A stretch of 43,230 bases of DNA from Catajapyx aquilonaris (Eukaryota), in assembly GCA_000934665.2 (NCBI GenBank), contig KZ538874.1, positions 1 through 43,230 of the forward strand, read 5' to 3'. The notes under the pieces were generated by a model. The model worked only from the letters and a program-made list of their open reading frames with translations. It ran no database searches and was not told the DNA's origin. Shown here piece by piece: positions 14,501 through 35,474 of the stretch. The translations under genes were made by a program, and so were the position numbers. How positions within the stretch are numbered: the first letter of the stretch is position 1; every line of letters begins with the position of its first letter.

Positions 14501-17500
14501 GGTCAGCTTATATTTGAACGTATTCGCGGTCTAATCTGAAAAATATTATTGTGCTTTACATAATTTTAGCAATTCATATTTTGAAGATCTGAGGTGTTGT
14601 GTTTAGGTGGTATTTACAAATTGTAAATGAAATTTCGCATGTTGCACCTCCTTTGAATGGACCTCCCCCCAATTCAAAGGCACTCAAACGCCACACCTTT
14701 AATTACTGTATCCCGATCTGTGGACAGTGAGTTTCATGCACGGTGCGCTCCTCTTACAAGTGGAAGAAGCATCATTGATCGACCGGGAAGCTGGGAAGCC
14801 AGTAGAGCACATGGGCCGACCCAGGGGCGCAGGCGTCGCCCGATTTTGAACAACCCTCACCCTCTCACCCTCTCCTCTGATGCTGTCCTGGTCCAGGGAC
14901 ACAACCGAGAGTTTTCCTTCCCAGCAAGAGCCGCAGTTTTTTGGCAGTGTACCCACCCCTCTCTATAGAAACCCATCTTTTCGGTGTGCCATGTTGCTCC
15001 GCTGTTCCGGATGTGTGCTTTAGCCCTCTAATCGCGGTTGGACCCTATCCAGAGAGGACCACCCCGGGAAAAAAAAAATTGTCCCCCTCTAGAGTGGATC
15101 GTACTTGTCGTCAATGGACAGCCGGATTATGGCCCGCCTCGCATTTGACCGCCAAACTAAACTCGGCATAATCAGGGCTTGAATGCGAATAGTTTTTGAT
15201 GGTCTCCCCGAACCACTCGCTTCCCTTGATTGGACTCGATTGAAACCTATAATAATGAGCTCCTGGCAGTTACGCCGCAACATCATGATTGCTCTAAACC
15301 TGCTCTACATTGCGCTACTTCCGATCGGGCTCGCAAAAGAGTCAACTGTTGAAGGTAGGTGCCTAAACTTACTGCTGATAATTACACCCCAAAAAAACAG
15401 TTTGGATCAACCCGGGAGCTGGCGTGAATAACCAGGTTCGATAATAATGGCCAGAGGGGGCATCTGTTGTGTTTGTTTGAAAAGCAAACAACAACAAAAG
15501 AGCCCATTGTTTTTGTTTGCCTCCAGATAATCCTGGTTTCAGGCCGCATCATAACTTCACGCTCTGTTGGTCCTATTCTTAACCACCGAGTGAAAACAAA
15601 ATTTCTCCTGAGATTCGATTTACTGTTTCCACCATCTAATCACGGTAATCTCCTGGAGCTTTACTCAAGTTGCAGTCATGCTACGGACCCGTGATTAAGC
15701 GTGGGATCCCTTGGATTAAAAGCAAGAGACGCCATGCAATTGTTACTTAGCGAAAAGGCGAGACTTCAAATCGGTTTTTGAAGCTCTCCGGAAGCAACTG
15801 GCGGATATTACCCAGCCTGTTAAATAAAGCCGAATTAATCTCATAGGGAAAACAATAAGGCAACAAGGCCCAAAAAATGTACTGGCACAATCTCACCACG
15901 TTTGACGGTATTAATTTCTTTTTAATGGCTGTGGTTGTAGCTATATGACAGGTCGCATAATTACTTTTTTGAAGACATAAACGGACTTGCACCCATTTCA
16001 TTCCCACTTCTCCTGGAATACAGAGCAATCAGGTCATTCTCTCTCAGTGCAAATGGCCTCCGAGCAGACGCGGGTCATAAAGCAGGTAGAGGGGTTTTAC
16101 TTCAACCCTTTTCATCTAGCCTCTGGACCAAGCATCCACTCTCTCCTGGAACCAATTCCTCAAGTCGGGGGGTCCCCCCCTAGCAATTTAATTTCGGGTT
16201 TTCTTGCGGCCACAGTCGGGTCCTCAGTGGCCTACGAAAAAAAGGATCATTCGGACATCTGCACCGGGCAATTCCCACCCACATCTTTTGGAAGTCCAGT
16301 TCCATCTTGTTCTAGGACTAAAACCAGATTGAGAGAAACAGGGAAAGGGATGTCAGGAAGGAGGAAAAGGATGGAGTATGGAGACCCTCCTCCCCCATAG
16401 TTTTACAGCCCAGTTGAGGCCGTAAATAATGTCCAAATGGGTTTCCTTGCCAGAGGAATAAAGGCTTCCTGAATGGCTGACGTCGTGGCCAAAGTGTTGC
16501 AGTTATACATGGGTGACCGGCAAGTTTCAGAAAATATGACTCGACTGATTCAGTCTAAGGCTTGAATATCATGTGCAAATCATACACTGATGGGTCCTAT
16601 TGGTACTACACCCTGAAATAATATTGATGACGTGAATAATTTTACAGACTCTTGGATGCATATGATTATTATAGGAAATGTGGAAATTATCACTCTGAAC
16701 AATTTTTCTGTAAATTATACACAACCTCCCCTGCAAATCCTGCTGCAAATCCGGGCCAAAGAATCGTTATAGAAAGCCCCACCCGGGCGTTAGAATACGC
16801 ATCGGGGGCCCTTCAAGGTAGTTATCGCTTTAAGGTTGGGGGGTAGAGAAGTTAATGAGTCGAAAATACGTGATGAGCTTGCCAAACGCGACTGAGATAC
16901 ACCCTCCTTCTCATCTGATTGCACTGGCAGTGGGAGGGATCTCCTTTGGAGTTGGGCCAAACTTACTAAAACGCGGCTGCGTCTTGATTACAGAACGATT
17001 TGTATTCAGAGTCATAGCAAAATATCAGTGCTATGCACCTTTTAGCCTCTTTTTTGGGAGGGGGGGAGAGGGAACTTCTTTTTTTGTTCCCTCGAGAGAC
17101 TAGATTATTTTTTGGCTCCGCTCTTTGGGAGAGAAAAAAAAACAGGGTTTCTTTTTTTTTTCGGAAACTTTCCTTTTGTCTTTTCTGACTCACAAATACA
17201 GGAGGGGTTGGCCACTACAGATATACATTATTTATGGGGATCCCAAAAAGGCTTCATTTTGGAGCAATATTCTAGGAAACCGCTCTTTGCCGCAGAGTTT
17301 TGCATCCATATGAATGGCCCCAGTTGCTTTTGATGTCAAATGAGAGGGCTGCAAAAATTGATATGCTGAAAGGGAAATTGAAGGGCTTTACTGCAACAAT
17401 AGGCTAACCCACAATGTAGCCTCCTCGATTGTATAGGGCGTCTGCAAATAAATATTTGTTGCCATCACTTTAATTTTGCCAATTGTTGTACTTAACTGTA

Positions 17501-20500
17501 GAGAAAGAATTCAGCCCAGCAGGTTTCTAAAATAATATTTGTGATTGTACTCCTTATGAATCATACGATTTTTAAGCGAAAATATATCAATATTTCCGCA
17601 ACGACCTCAACGACACCCGTGTGAACCCGATATGGATTATCGACTTTTTTTTACCCTGGCTAATGCATCTGATGAAAATCTAGTCGAAAATGCCATTTCC
17701 AAGTACAACTTCAGATATAAATTATTGGTCCCCCCCCCCCTCCCAAAATCGATTTCCACTCAAATAATTGCACCGTTCTTTTGTCTTTCCAGTGACCAAC
17801 TGCGACCAGTCTTTCAGCAGCGACACAGCCAAAAACGGAACCTTCACCAGCCCGAATTACCCCAACTCTTACCATTCTAAGAGTCACTGTCGATACGAAT
17901 TTTCCGGGCGTGGTCGTGAACGAGTCAAAGTCGTTTTTACAGACTTCAACCTCTATCATCCGGACGACAACCCAAAAAGGTATATACGTGTCTCCCTCCA
18001 AAAAAAATGGTAAAAAAATAATTGAATAAAAGCTCAAAAAGGGAGTGAAAAAAATGTTCCTATAGAACTCTTGTGTTCTCTGAGAGTATTTTTTTCTCTC
18101 TTTTCTTGTGACGTGGGGGGTAGAACCGGAAAGGAAATTATTGATCTGAAGAAGATCAGAGGAAAGAGTATATTATGGGAAGGAACATCAAGAAAAGAAG
18201 CAAAAGGCGTCGACGACGTTCGTCTCTCAGAATGTCGTTTCCGACGTCTTTATACAGCCCCCTTCTTTTTCTTCTCCAGAGATTTTTTTTTCATCTTCTA
18301 TACCCCCCCTGCAGCATCCCTAGATCCATCATCATCGCAGAGTTCTTTAAATCCAGTTCTCTTCATCAAATGCTGAAATTACTGCTGAGAAAAAAAAATG
18401 GCTTCCAAAAATATATATATAATATTGCAACTTGCAAGCCAAGTTTATAAATGAAGTGAATAATATCATGGCGATTTATGAACCAGTTTTTTTCCTTCCC
18501 AGAGTTTCTGAAAATTATGAAATATTTCGGCCTCTTTTCAGAGACATAGCCGGCCAACTTTTTATATCCGTTAAAGCCCTCACCATTTTTAATTAAGTTT
18601 CGGCCGCCCTTTTTTTTGCATACATACAGTATACGGATGTATTTTGCAAACTTCGAATTGGAATATTTGCTTTTTTTTTGGGGGGGGGGGGCTGCTTTTA
18701 GACGCCCAGTATTATCCAGACGCTGCCCATGGGAATGTCCACTTCCAGTTTAGTCCGGAAATGTTTCACTTTTACACCGTTTCCTAATGAGAGAGGGGTC
18801 CATCATTCCTTCCCACAGCGGTCCATTATCCTGCAACTGCGATTCATGAATAATTATCCTATTGGGCTCACCTAATGGGAGGAGGGGGAGGTTCAAAAAA
18901 AAAATGGGCCTTGGATTTGAAAATGTGGACCGAGTGAAGTGACCGTGTCGTTTTACACGTTGCATTGCAGGTTCTCGGGCAGTTGTACTGTACCTTTTAC
19001 ATGCATTAAATACTCGGTACTCGTGTTTGCGCACTAATTGTGTAAACACTGTAATATTTGAGCATATTTGCATGCGATGATCGTTCTGCATAATGATAAT
19101 GTCATAGATCCACACATCTGATGCTCCATGTGGCCTAAGTGGTTTTGAAATGGTGAATATGCATACCGGATATTAATTCTCTGTGCAATGCCAAAAAAAT
19201 AAGCCAAATATCCCAACTCCTAATATTTCTGCTAAATACTAAAAGGTTTTACTCGCAAAAAAAATGCGCGAACTGTGTTGCGCATTCGGTTGCTCTCATC
19301 AGAAATTCATCTACAAGCACTATCATTTTATGAGAAAATTTTATGTCTTTTTTTATCTTCCCGTAAGCAACTAGATTAGCCGGGGTGTAAAATTGGAACT
19401 TGTTTTTTTTCATCCCGAGCACTTTGTTCATAAAACATTTTGATGGAACTCAGTCCTACGGGTTTCGTCTATAACTTTTCTAACCGACTGCAGCTGTGAG
19501 AAGATGGACACCGTGATGATCTTCGTGTACATCAACGGCCAAGCAGCCAAGATCGACAACTTTTGTGCCAGCAGCATACCCATGCCAGTCATGTCCAATG
19601 GACCTAAAATGCTGGTGGAATTCCTCTCGACCCAATCATCACGACACGTCAGAGGATTCAAAGCCATGTATTCCTTCACCGAGAGTAAGTTTAACTATTA
19701 ATTCATTAAACTATAATTAATTTAATTAGTCCAACTTGGATCAGATTTCGGAATCACATCTGGTCATCAGCTGCCCAACTTTCCATGCGCCTTCGTGCTG
19801 AACAGTAGCGAGGCCAGCAATGGTACCTTCACTAGTCCAAACTACCAAGGATACTACCCGAGGGACACAGAGTGTCACTACTTTTTCTACGGGAAGGACA
19901 AGGAGCGAGTCAGACTGCATTTCACCTACTTCGATGTCGAAGGAGTACAACCGTAAGTCTCTGTGAGACCAGAAGTAATGCTTCGGGCTATGTACTTGCA
20001 CTTCAGTAAATTAAAGTTTAATATTAATGAGGTCTGTTCAAACTTGACAGCGTTGAAAAGTACTTCATTACCAAATGAACATGCCAAGGCACGCATATAT
20101 CAGAGTAATTAAAATAATGCAGACATTGCGCAAACTGGGCTACTATTTCCTAATGTTGAAAGTCATACGCCGCCGGCAACTATACAACTAGGATGACAGC
20201 TCTCATATACATTTGAAGGTGCAATTTCAATGTGCTTACTTTTCCAGTTGTCAAGGTGACAGCGATAGCGACTATGTGGAATTCTCCAACTTCATGACCC
20301 GAGACCGCAAGTACCCTCGGTACTGCGGTCAGCTGAAGGAGTTCAAGATCGAGTCGGACAGGAAGTTCTTCCGGGTATCATTCAGATCAAACGAGCGTTT
20401 TGATGGGACAGGCTTTCACGCAACGTACCAGTTCGGAGACTTCGTTGACCCTGTGACCATCAAGCGGGTCAAAACTGGAGGAGCACCTTCTTCAGGTTGG

Positions 20501-20788
20501 ATTGTCTTTAGCTATTATATAAAGAAATGGTAGTCACTCTCTGAAACTGTTTAAAGGAAGAAAGGTTATCTTATTATTATTACTAGGACGTAAAGCCTGA
20601 ATGATTTATTAACAATTTTAAAACTCAATTTTCCGCCTATATTCCACCGTCATGAATCAGCCTTTCGACTCACGTATCTTTTCCTAAAATATTCACTACC
20701 TCTCTCTTTCAATTCAGGAGGAGTTTTGCCTCTGGTCTGGTGCCTACTGATCCTCCACAGTCTCCTGCTGCAACAACATCTATGGTGA
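8504..20788 (+). CDS. Multi-CUB-domain extracellular protein, suppressor of lurcher 1 (SOL-1)-like; 5'-partial, spliced
   Basis: Phase-compatible AG/GT exons at 8504-8736, 10686-10775 (probable), 17793-17979, 19494-19684, 19745-19952, 20248-20495 and 20718-20788 (TGA). The translation shows CUB hallmarks: NGTFTSPNYPNSY..CRYEF...ERVKVVFTDF, NGTFTSPNYQGYYPRDTECHYFF...ERVRLHFTYFDVEG, YCG...FFRVSFRSNERFDGTGFHATYQF. About 2.5 CUB domains are visible, followed by a hydrophobic C-terminal tail. The SOL-1 family call is from recognition, not a search. Confidence 0.85.
10686..10775 (+). CDS. Probable 90-nt symmetric (phase 1-1) linker exon of the CUB gene
   Basis: Pyrimidine tract + TTGCAG acceptor (AG 10684-10685) and GTAAGT donor at 10776. 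Open frame EPEKASPPHGLPGRFPLGQVTEGDPLASTS joins 8736 to 17793 in frame. Confidence 0.65.
12126..12200. other. Assembly gap (75 N) following a poly-G run
   Basis: Run of N in the sequence. Confidence 0.99.
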
Positions 20789-23064
20789 ATCCATAACAGT
20801 TGCTCAATAACCCTTATTTTCAACCCCATCCTTATAATATATCGGCCCTCAATGAAAAAAAAAAGAAGAAAAGGAAAATTCTGTTATACCAGAGTTGATT
20901 GTATATCCGGAATGTGGGAGAAGAGAATCCAGATCCCCCCCAAAAGAAAACAATTTCTTTTGATCGGACCTCATCGCATTTCCAAGGCCCGTTCACCCCA
21001 AGACACAAAATATTTTGGGGGTGCAACTCACGTGCACTGGTATATAGTCGGATTAACGAAGCGAAACTTCAAACTCCGGTTTTCGACTGAGTTTGCACTC
21101 GATGGGTGTTGTGTGACCAAGTGGAGGTGTAAATAATAATAAAAAAAACAACTGCCAAGACGCAATGGACCCAATACGGGCGTGATGTGACTTTTTTTCA
21201 TGTTTGTTTATTATTTTCTAGCAAGATTTCAACGGCTTTTTGTAATGGTTCCAGACATTAAACTGTGATGACGTTATACGATGGCCTTTAGGAAAAAGGG
21301 TCGAGTGTGGATTGAGTGCATGATGATTTTTTTTTTGTCCTGTCTATACGATAGTCTAGTTTTTGTACAGTGATGTACATGTACGTGTCTCGCTTTTAAT
21401 TAACACCCTACCCAATCCCATCAACAAAATAATCATTGCTGTCATGTTTTTTTTGTGTATATAAAACGCAGTTCGATTCGGTTCCTACGCCGATAACATG
21501 ATGGTCATATTTATGCTATAGTGCTCTGTAATATTTTGATATTAGAGCCCCTCCTTTTAAAGAAAAAAAGATGTGCTTTAATGAAGACAAACTAATAATA
21601 AAAAGGACATGCACCTCTTGTGACTAAAAAAAATAACCTTGGCGGCTAAATTTGCATGCTATTTTTCACAATCGGATGATATGCATTATATATATTTAAA
21701 AACAAAAAATATTGTCACAAGATTCGCTTATTCTGTGACCTCGATGTTTCACAAATGAGACCTGAGAAGTATTTCCTTTTTTGATAAGCAATTGTTAGGC
21801 TTGCAATAATTTTTATTGCAGCATATTTGCAGCTGCTGCCCTGGGAATCAGCAAAAATGGGCAGTTGAAGCAATTCTGTTGGCCGCAGTTATATTACATC
21901 ACTCACCAACCACCAACCAACCCTGAACTGTCTCTAATATACAGTACCCGTAACCTCGTAAAAAAAAAACAGAAGTATGTCAAGGGTGATTATGTTTATG
22001 ACTGCCTAGTGGTTATATAAAAAATAAAGAAAGGTTTATATCAACTACCTAAAGGTGTTAATGCTTCATTTTATGTGATACTTTAAGTGCAAAAAAATCA
22101 GGTTTTAGTTCCACTTGCATAGCATGTGTTACATTGTAACTCAAACAGGGTACTGTTGGTTTTAAACCACTGCATTGCATTGCATTGTTGTGATAATTCA
22201 ATCATAATTATTAATCATTACTTATTCAGCCCGAAACTGATGTCACAATGGGTCGTAATGACAGTGTATTTATTGATTTGTCAAATTGAACAAAATAATC
22301 GTATTTATAAAAAAATAGTAATGCATGTAACAATGATTGTCAACAATGTAACAAACAGGCTCGTGACGTCCCTACTATTATAAAGTATTAAATCATTTGC
22401 CTGGCAACCAAAAAAAAACAACAATTATGACACAACAACAATAATTTCTGCCTATTGGTAACACTTCATGCAACAAAACAAGTTAAAATTCTATAAGTTA
22501 GTGGAACAAAATTTCAGAAGGTGTAAGTTCCCCCCCTTCAAAAATTCTACAGGTAACATACAAGATGCATGCCCCGTAAGTATATACCTCGCACTTCTAA
22601 TTTTATTGACATTGTGCTTTTAAGATAACAGTATACCTATAAACATCACGCCTCTTGGCACATTCTGCTCACATGTAATGCCTAGGGGCTGCTGTGTAGG
22701 TGGGGGGAACATGAAGGTAACAGACCTTTCACCTGTGTGTGAGTCCAACTATGACAAGGCCATGCTTTTCAACAGAAAAGTAGCGGAAATCTAGTCGCAG
22801 TTCCGGATAAAAATTCGAATTCTTTCTGACGCAATAAATTTGTCACCGCGAACCGAAACAAGAGACCAACTTTCAATCCGCGGGTTTTATACACGTAAAA
22901 AAAAAGCCCAGGGACATTAGGTTGTTGGCAAGCATTTTGCAATTTCCTTTAGCTTGTAAAAGGCGTGGACATGAGAGAGAAGGAAGAGAAAAAAAAAACT
23001 CAGGGAGGCGTGGAAAGAAAGTGTGGTCAGATGTGTGTAGAAAGGTTAAAAAACATACGTCATT

Positions 23065-32699
<9,635 letters not shown>

Positions 32700-33371
32700 A
32701 ATAACTGTCGACGACCACATTGGCATCCATTAAACATGTGAAAATCTAGTACTTTGTTGGCTATTAATAGATGTGTACTACATGTTGACAATTCTTTGCT
32801 GTATCGGTAGGTCTTATGGGTAGCGACATTTTTTCAAACTCATTCGGCAATGTCCCATAGCAATAGTTTTTTTTTGTGTCTTCCCCCTCAGACATTTAAA
32901 TTAATCAGCAAAAATAAACAATCCCGCTTTGCAACACCTTACTTAAAATGGTGAGACAAGATGTGTTAGGCCTAGTCCTTGAATAGTATTTGAGAAAGAG
33001 CGAGTGACAAGAATGTTAAAATAATAATAATAATGTATTGTTCAAAATGAGAAAGTACCAATATTTTTATGGACTGTATGTTTTGTTGTCCTTCCAATGT
33101 TTGTTGATTATACGGCAATGTTACTATCTGTGCAGCCGCATATCCCTAGCCCATTTTTCTACTTAATAAAATGGTATGCGCTGAACAAATATGACTGCAG
33201 TGTACTTTGAAGTATTTCCCTGGCTCCCAATTAACATCTGAGAATTAACCGAGGCGTAATAAGCAATCAGCCTGTGACCTATGTAGAAAATATTACTGTC
33301 GAACTCATCGCAAATTCCAGTCGTTTACCTTGATTGGACAATAACGTAAAAGAAAAATGGTTGCATGTCGA

Positions 33372-33450
33372 AAGTTGTGTTTACATGTGAACGATTTGAT
33401 CTCATCGCTGCAACATCGGTGATAAAATCATTCACATGTAAACACAGCTT
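33372..33450. mobile_element. Shorter copy of the same Harbinger-like MITE family (79-bp hairpin)
   Basis: AAGTTGTGTTTACATGTGAACGATTT ... AAATCATTCACATGTAAACACAGCTT, 26-bp arms with 2 mismatches. Shares the GTTTACATGTGA core with 39782-39929. Confidence 0.7.
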
Positions 33451-33759
33451 ATTGCTAAATGAAAAAAATTGTTTCGTTGTCATTCTCAACATGCAATTAA
33501 TAACATGTATCAACAAGCTGCTTTTCACTGTTAATGACTTGCCAGCTGTTTACTTAAAAAACTATGGAAACCTAAAAATATGGAAGGGAAAGTTGGCTAA
33601 ATTACTTGTGCACCACTTATTATTCTACCTGCTGGCATTCCATCTTCGGTAAGCATCAAAATTGTTGTAGCGTCTTCTGGCCTGCTGATACGTGTCCTAA
33701 CGTGACGTCCAGCACTACAAATTATCCGGTAACCAGCACGTTCCAAGCCCTGCTTCAAG

Positions 33760-34488
33760 ATGGCAACCAAAAAACCTGCTGGACCCCCAGGCAAGCCACC
33801 GGCAAAACCTGCTGGCAAACCAGGCAAGGCTGAAACAGGCTCCCCGTTCTACCAGTCTCAGGATGTGAAGATCCCCACAGGATTTCCAGAGGTCCTGAAG
33901 CAGTTCACGAAGGCCGCAATCCGCACCCAGCCTCCAGACCTGATGCCCTGGGCTGCCCAGTACTTCAAAGCCATGGCCAACGGTGAGGAGCCACCTATCA
34001 AAGATGTGTTCAACCGTCGGCCCATCACAAACTCCTCAGCCGGACTCACCTTTGAGCTTCTGCAGAAACTGCACGAACAGCTGTCTGGCAGTGCGGACGT
34101 GGAAGAAAAGGATCTGGCCAGCAAGTGGGGCGCACTGGGTCTGGACAAAGCAGAGATGGACACTCTACTAGAGGCCGCCGGACTGTCCCGCTCATTCCCC
34201 TGGAGGAACTTTGTGGCCCTCGCTGCAATCAGCATGGCTCCGTCCCTGGAAGAAGCGATGGTCATCCTAATCCGGCTGATGACAACCGAGCCAAAAGACA
34301 AGCCGCCAGCCATCCCCTTCGGCCTATTCAGAGAGCTGTGCGTCTACCTAACCTACCTGGTACCCGACCCAACCCAGCAGGAGCGCACCGAGGCTTCTCT
34401 GCAGTACCTTGGAAAAGTGGGTGCGGACAAAGGCTGCATGGTCACTCCAGCTGACCTGAAACATCCAGACTGTCCCAAGCTCACCTAA
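33760..34488 (+). CDS. ROPN1L: Ropporin-1-like protein (RIIa dimerization/docking domain; radial spoke protein 11 family), intronless CDS
   Basis: 242-aa ORF with IPTGFPEVLKQFTKAAIRTQPPDLMPWAAQYFKAM (RIIa D/D domain), W..FVAL, IPFGLF and a C-terminal HPDCPKL typical of ropporin-like proteins. The TAA stop overlaps AATAAA. Confidence 0.9.
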   Translation: MATKKPAGPPGKPPAKPAGKPGKAETGSPFYQSQDVKIPTGFPEVLKQFTKAAIRTQPPDLMPWAAQYFKAMANGEEPPIKDVFNRRPITNSSAGLTFELLQKLHEQLSGSADVEEKDLASKWGALGLDKAEMDTLLEAAGLSRSFPWRNFVALAAISMAPSLEEAMVILIRLMTTEPKDKPPAIPFGLFRELCVYLTYLVPDPTQQERTEASLQYLGKVGADKGCMVTPADLKHPDCPKLT

Positions 34489-34581
34489 TAAAGTGACCGC
34501 TAAAAGTACAAATCCCAGTTGAATCAAAACCTTTGCCCTTCTGTAAAATTAATTAAAAAATCCATACCCCAGAAAACCATT

Positions 34582-35178
34582 GTTTCGCTCACATTTTTCT
34601 AGACCTGCGGCTGGAGATGACACTCGTTTCGCTCACATTTTTCCGGAACTGCGGCTGGAGATGACACTCGTTTCGCTCACATTTTTCTGGACCTGCGGTT
34701 TGAGATGACACTTGGTTCGCTCCCATTTTTCTTGGCATCCTGTTTGAGATGAGATGACACTCATCGTTTCGCTCCCATTTTTCTAGGCCTGCGGCTGGAG
34801 ATGACACTCGTTGCGCTCACATTTTTCCGGAACTGCGGCTGGAGATGACACTCGTTTCGCTCACATTTTTCTAGACCTGCGGCTGGAGATGACACTCGTT
34901 TCGCTCCCATTTTTCTAGGCCTGCGACTGAAGATGACACTCGGTTCGCTCCCATTTTTCTAGGCCTGCGGCTGGAGATGACACTCGGTTCGCTCCCATTT
35001 TTCTAGACCTGCGGCTGATGGAGATGACGCTCGGTTCGCTCCCATTTTTCTAGGCCTGTGGTTTGAGATGACACTCGTTTCGCTCCCATTTTCCTGGGCC
35101 TGCGTGCAGTTTGAGATGAGCGATGCTCGGTTCGCTCCCATTTTTCTTGGCCTGCGGCTAGAGATACTCGCTTCGCTC
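34582..35178. repeat. 44-bp-unit minisatellite, about 13 copies
   Basis: Consensus GTTTCGCTC(A/C)CATTTTTCTAG(A/G)CCTGCGGCTGGAGATGACACTC repeated head to tail with small indels. Confidence 0.95.
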
Positions 35179-35474
35179 GAGGTGCGCTCTATTTTTAATT
35201 TTGCATTTTTGGTTATCAGCGCACACATTTTGTGCATAAATTTAATTTAGGCGGCCTGTTTTGTCAGTATCGCGCGGACGATTTTGAATAGGCGTTTTAT
35301 ATATAGGGGAAAGGAATTGATCGGTTTCAACAAGCCCACTAGTAGGCCACCCCCGCAACCTGGAAATGGGCCCTTGACTTGGAAGGAACTAGATGGGAAT
35401 CGATGGACATGTGCTGGTGACCTAAGGGACTGCAGCTGGACACAGACAGTTGTACCTGGACGAGGCACCCAACA

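Noticed and set aside
889..18691. Numerous poly-G/poly-C runs as functional G-quadruplex elements
   Set aside because: Simple homopolymers, several adjacent to N calls or the gap, so lengths are unreliable and there is no evidence of function.
34582..35178. CRISPR-like array, or the coding ORFs 34589-34807 and 34959-35237
   Set aside because: Units are contiguous with no unique spacers, the context is eukaryotic, and the ORFs are translations of the repeat.
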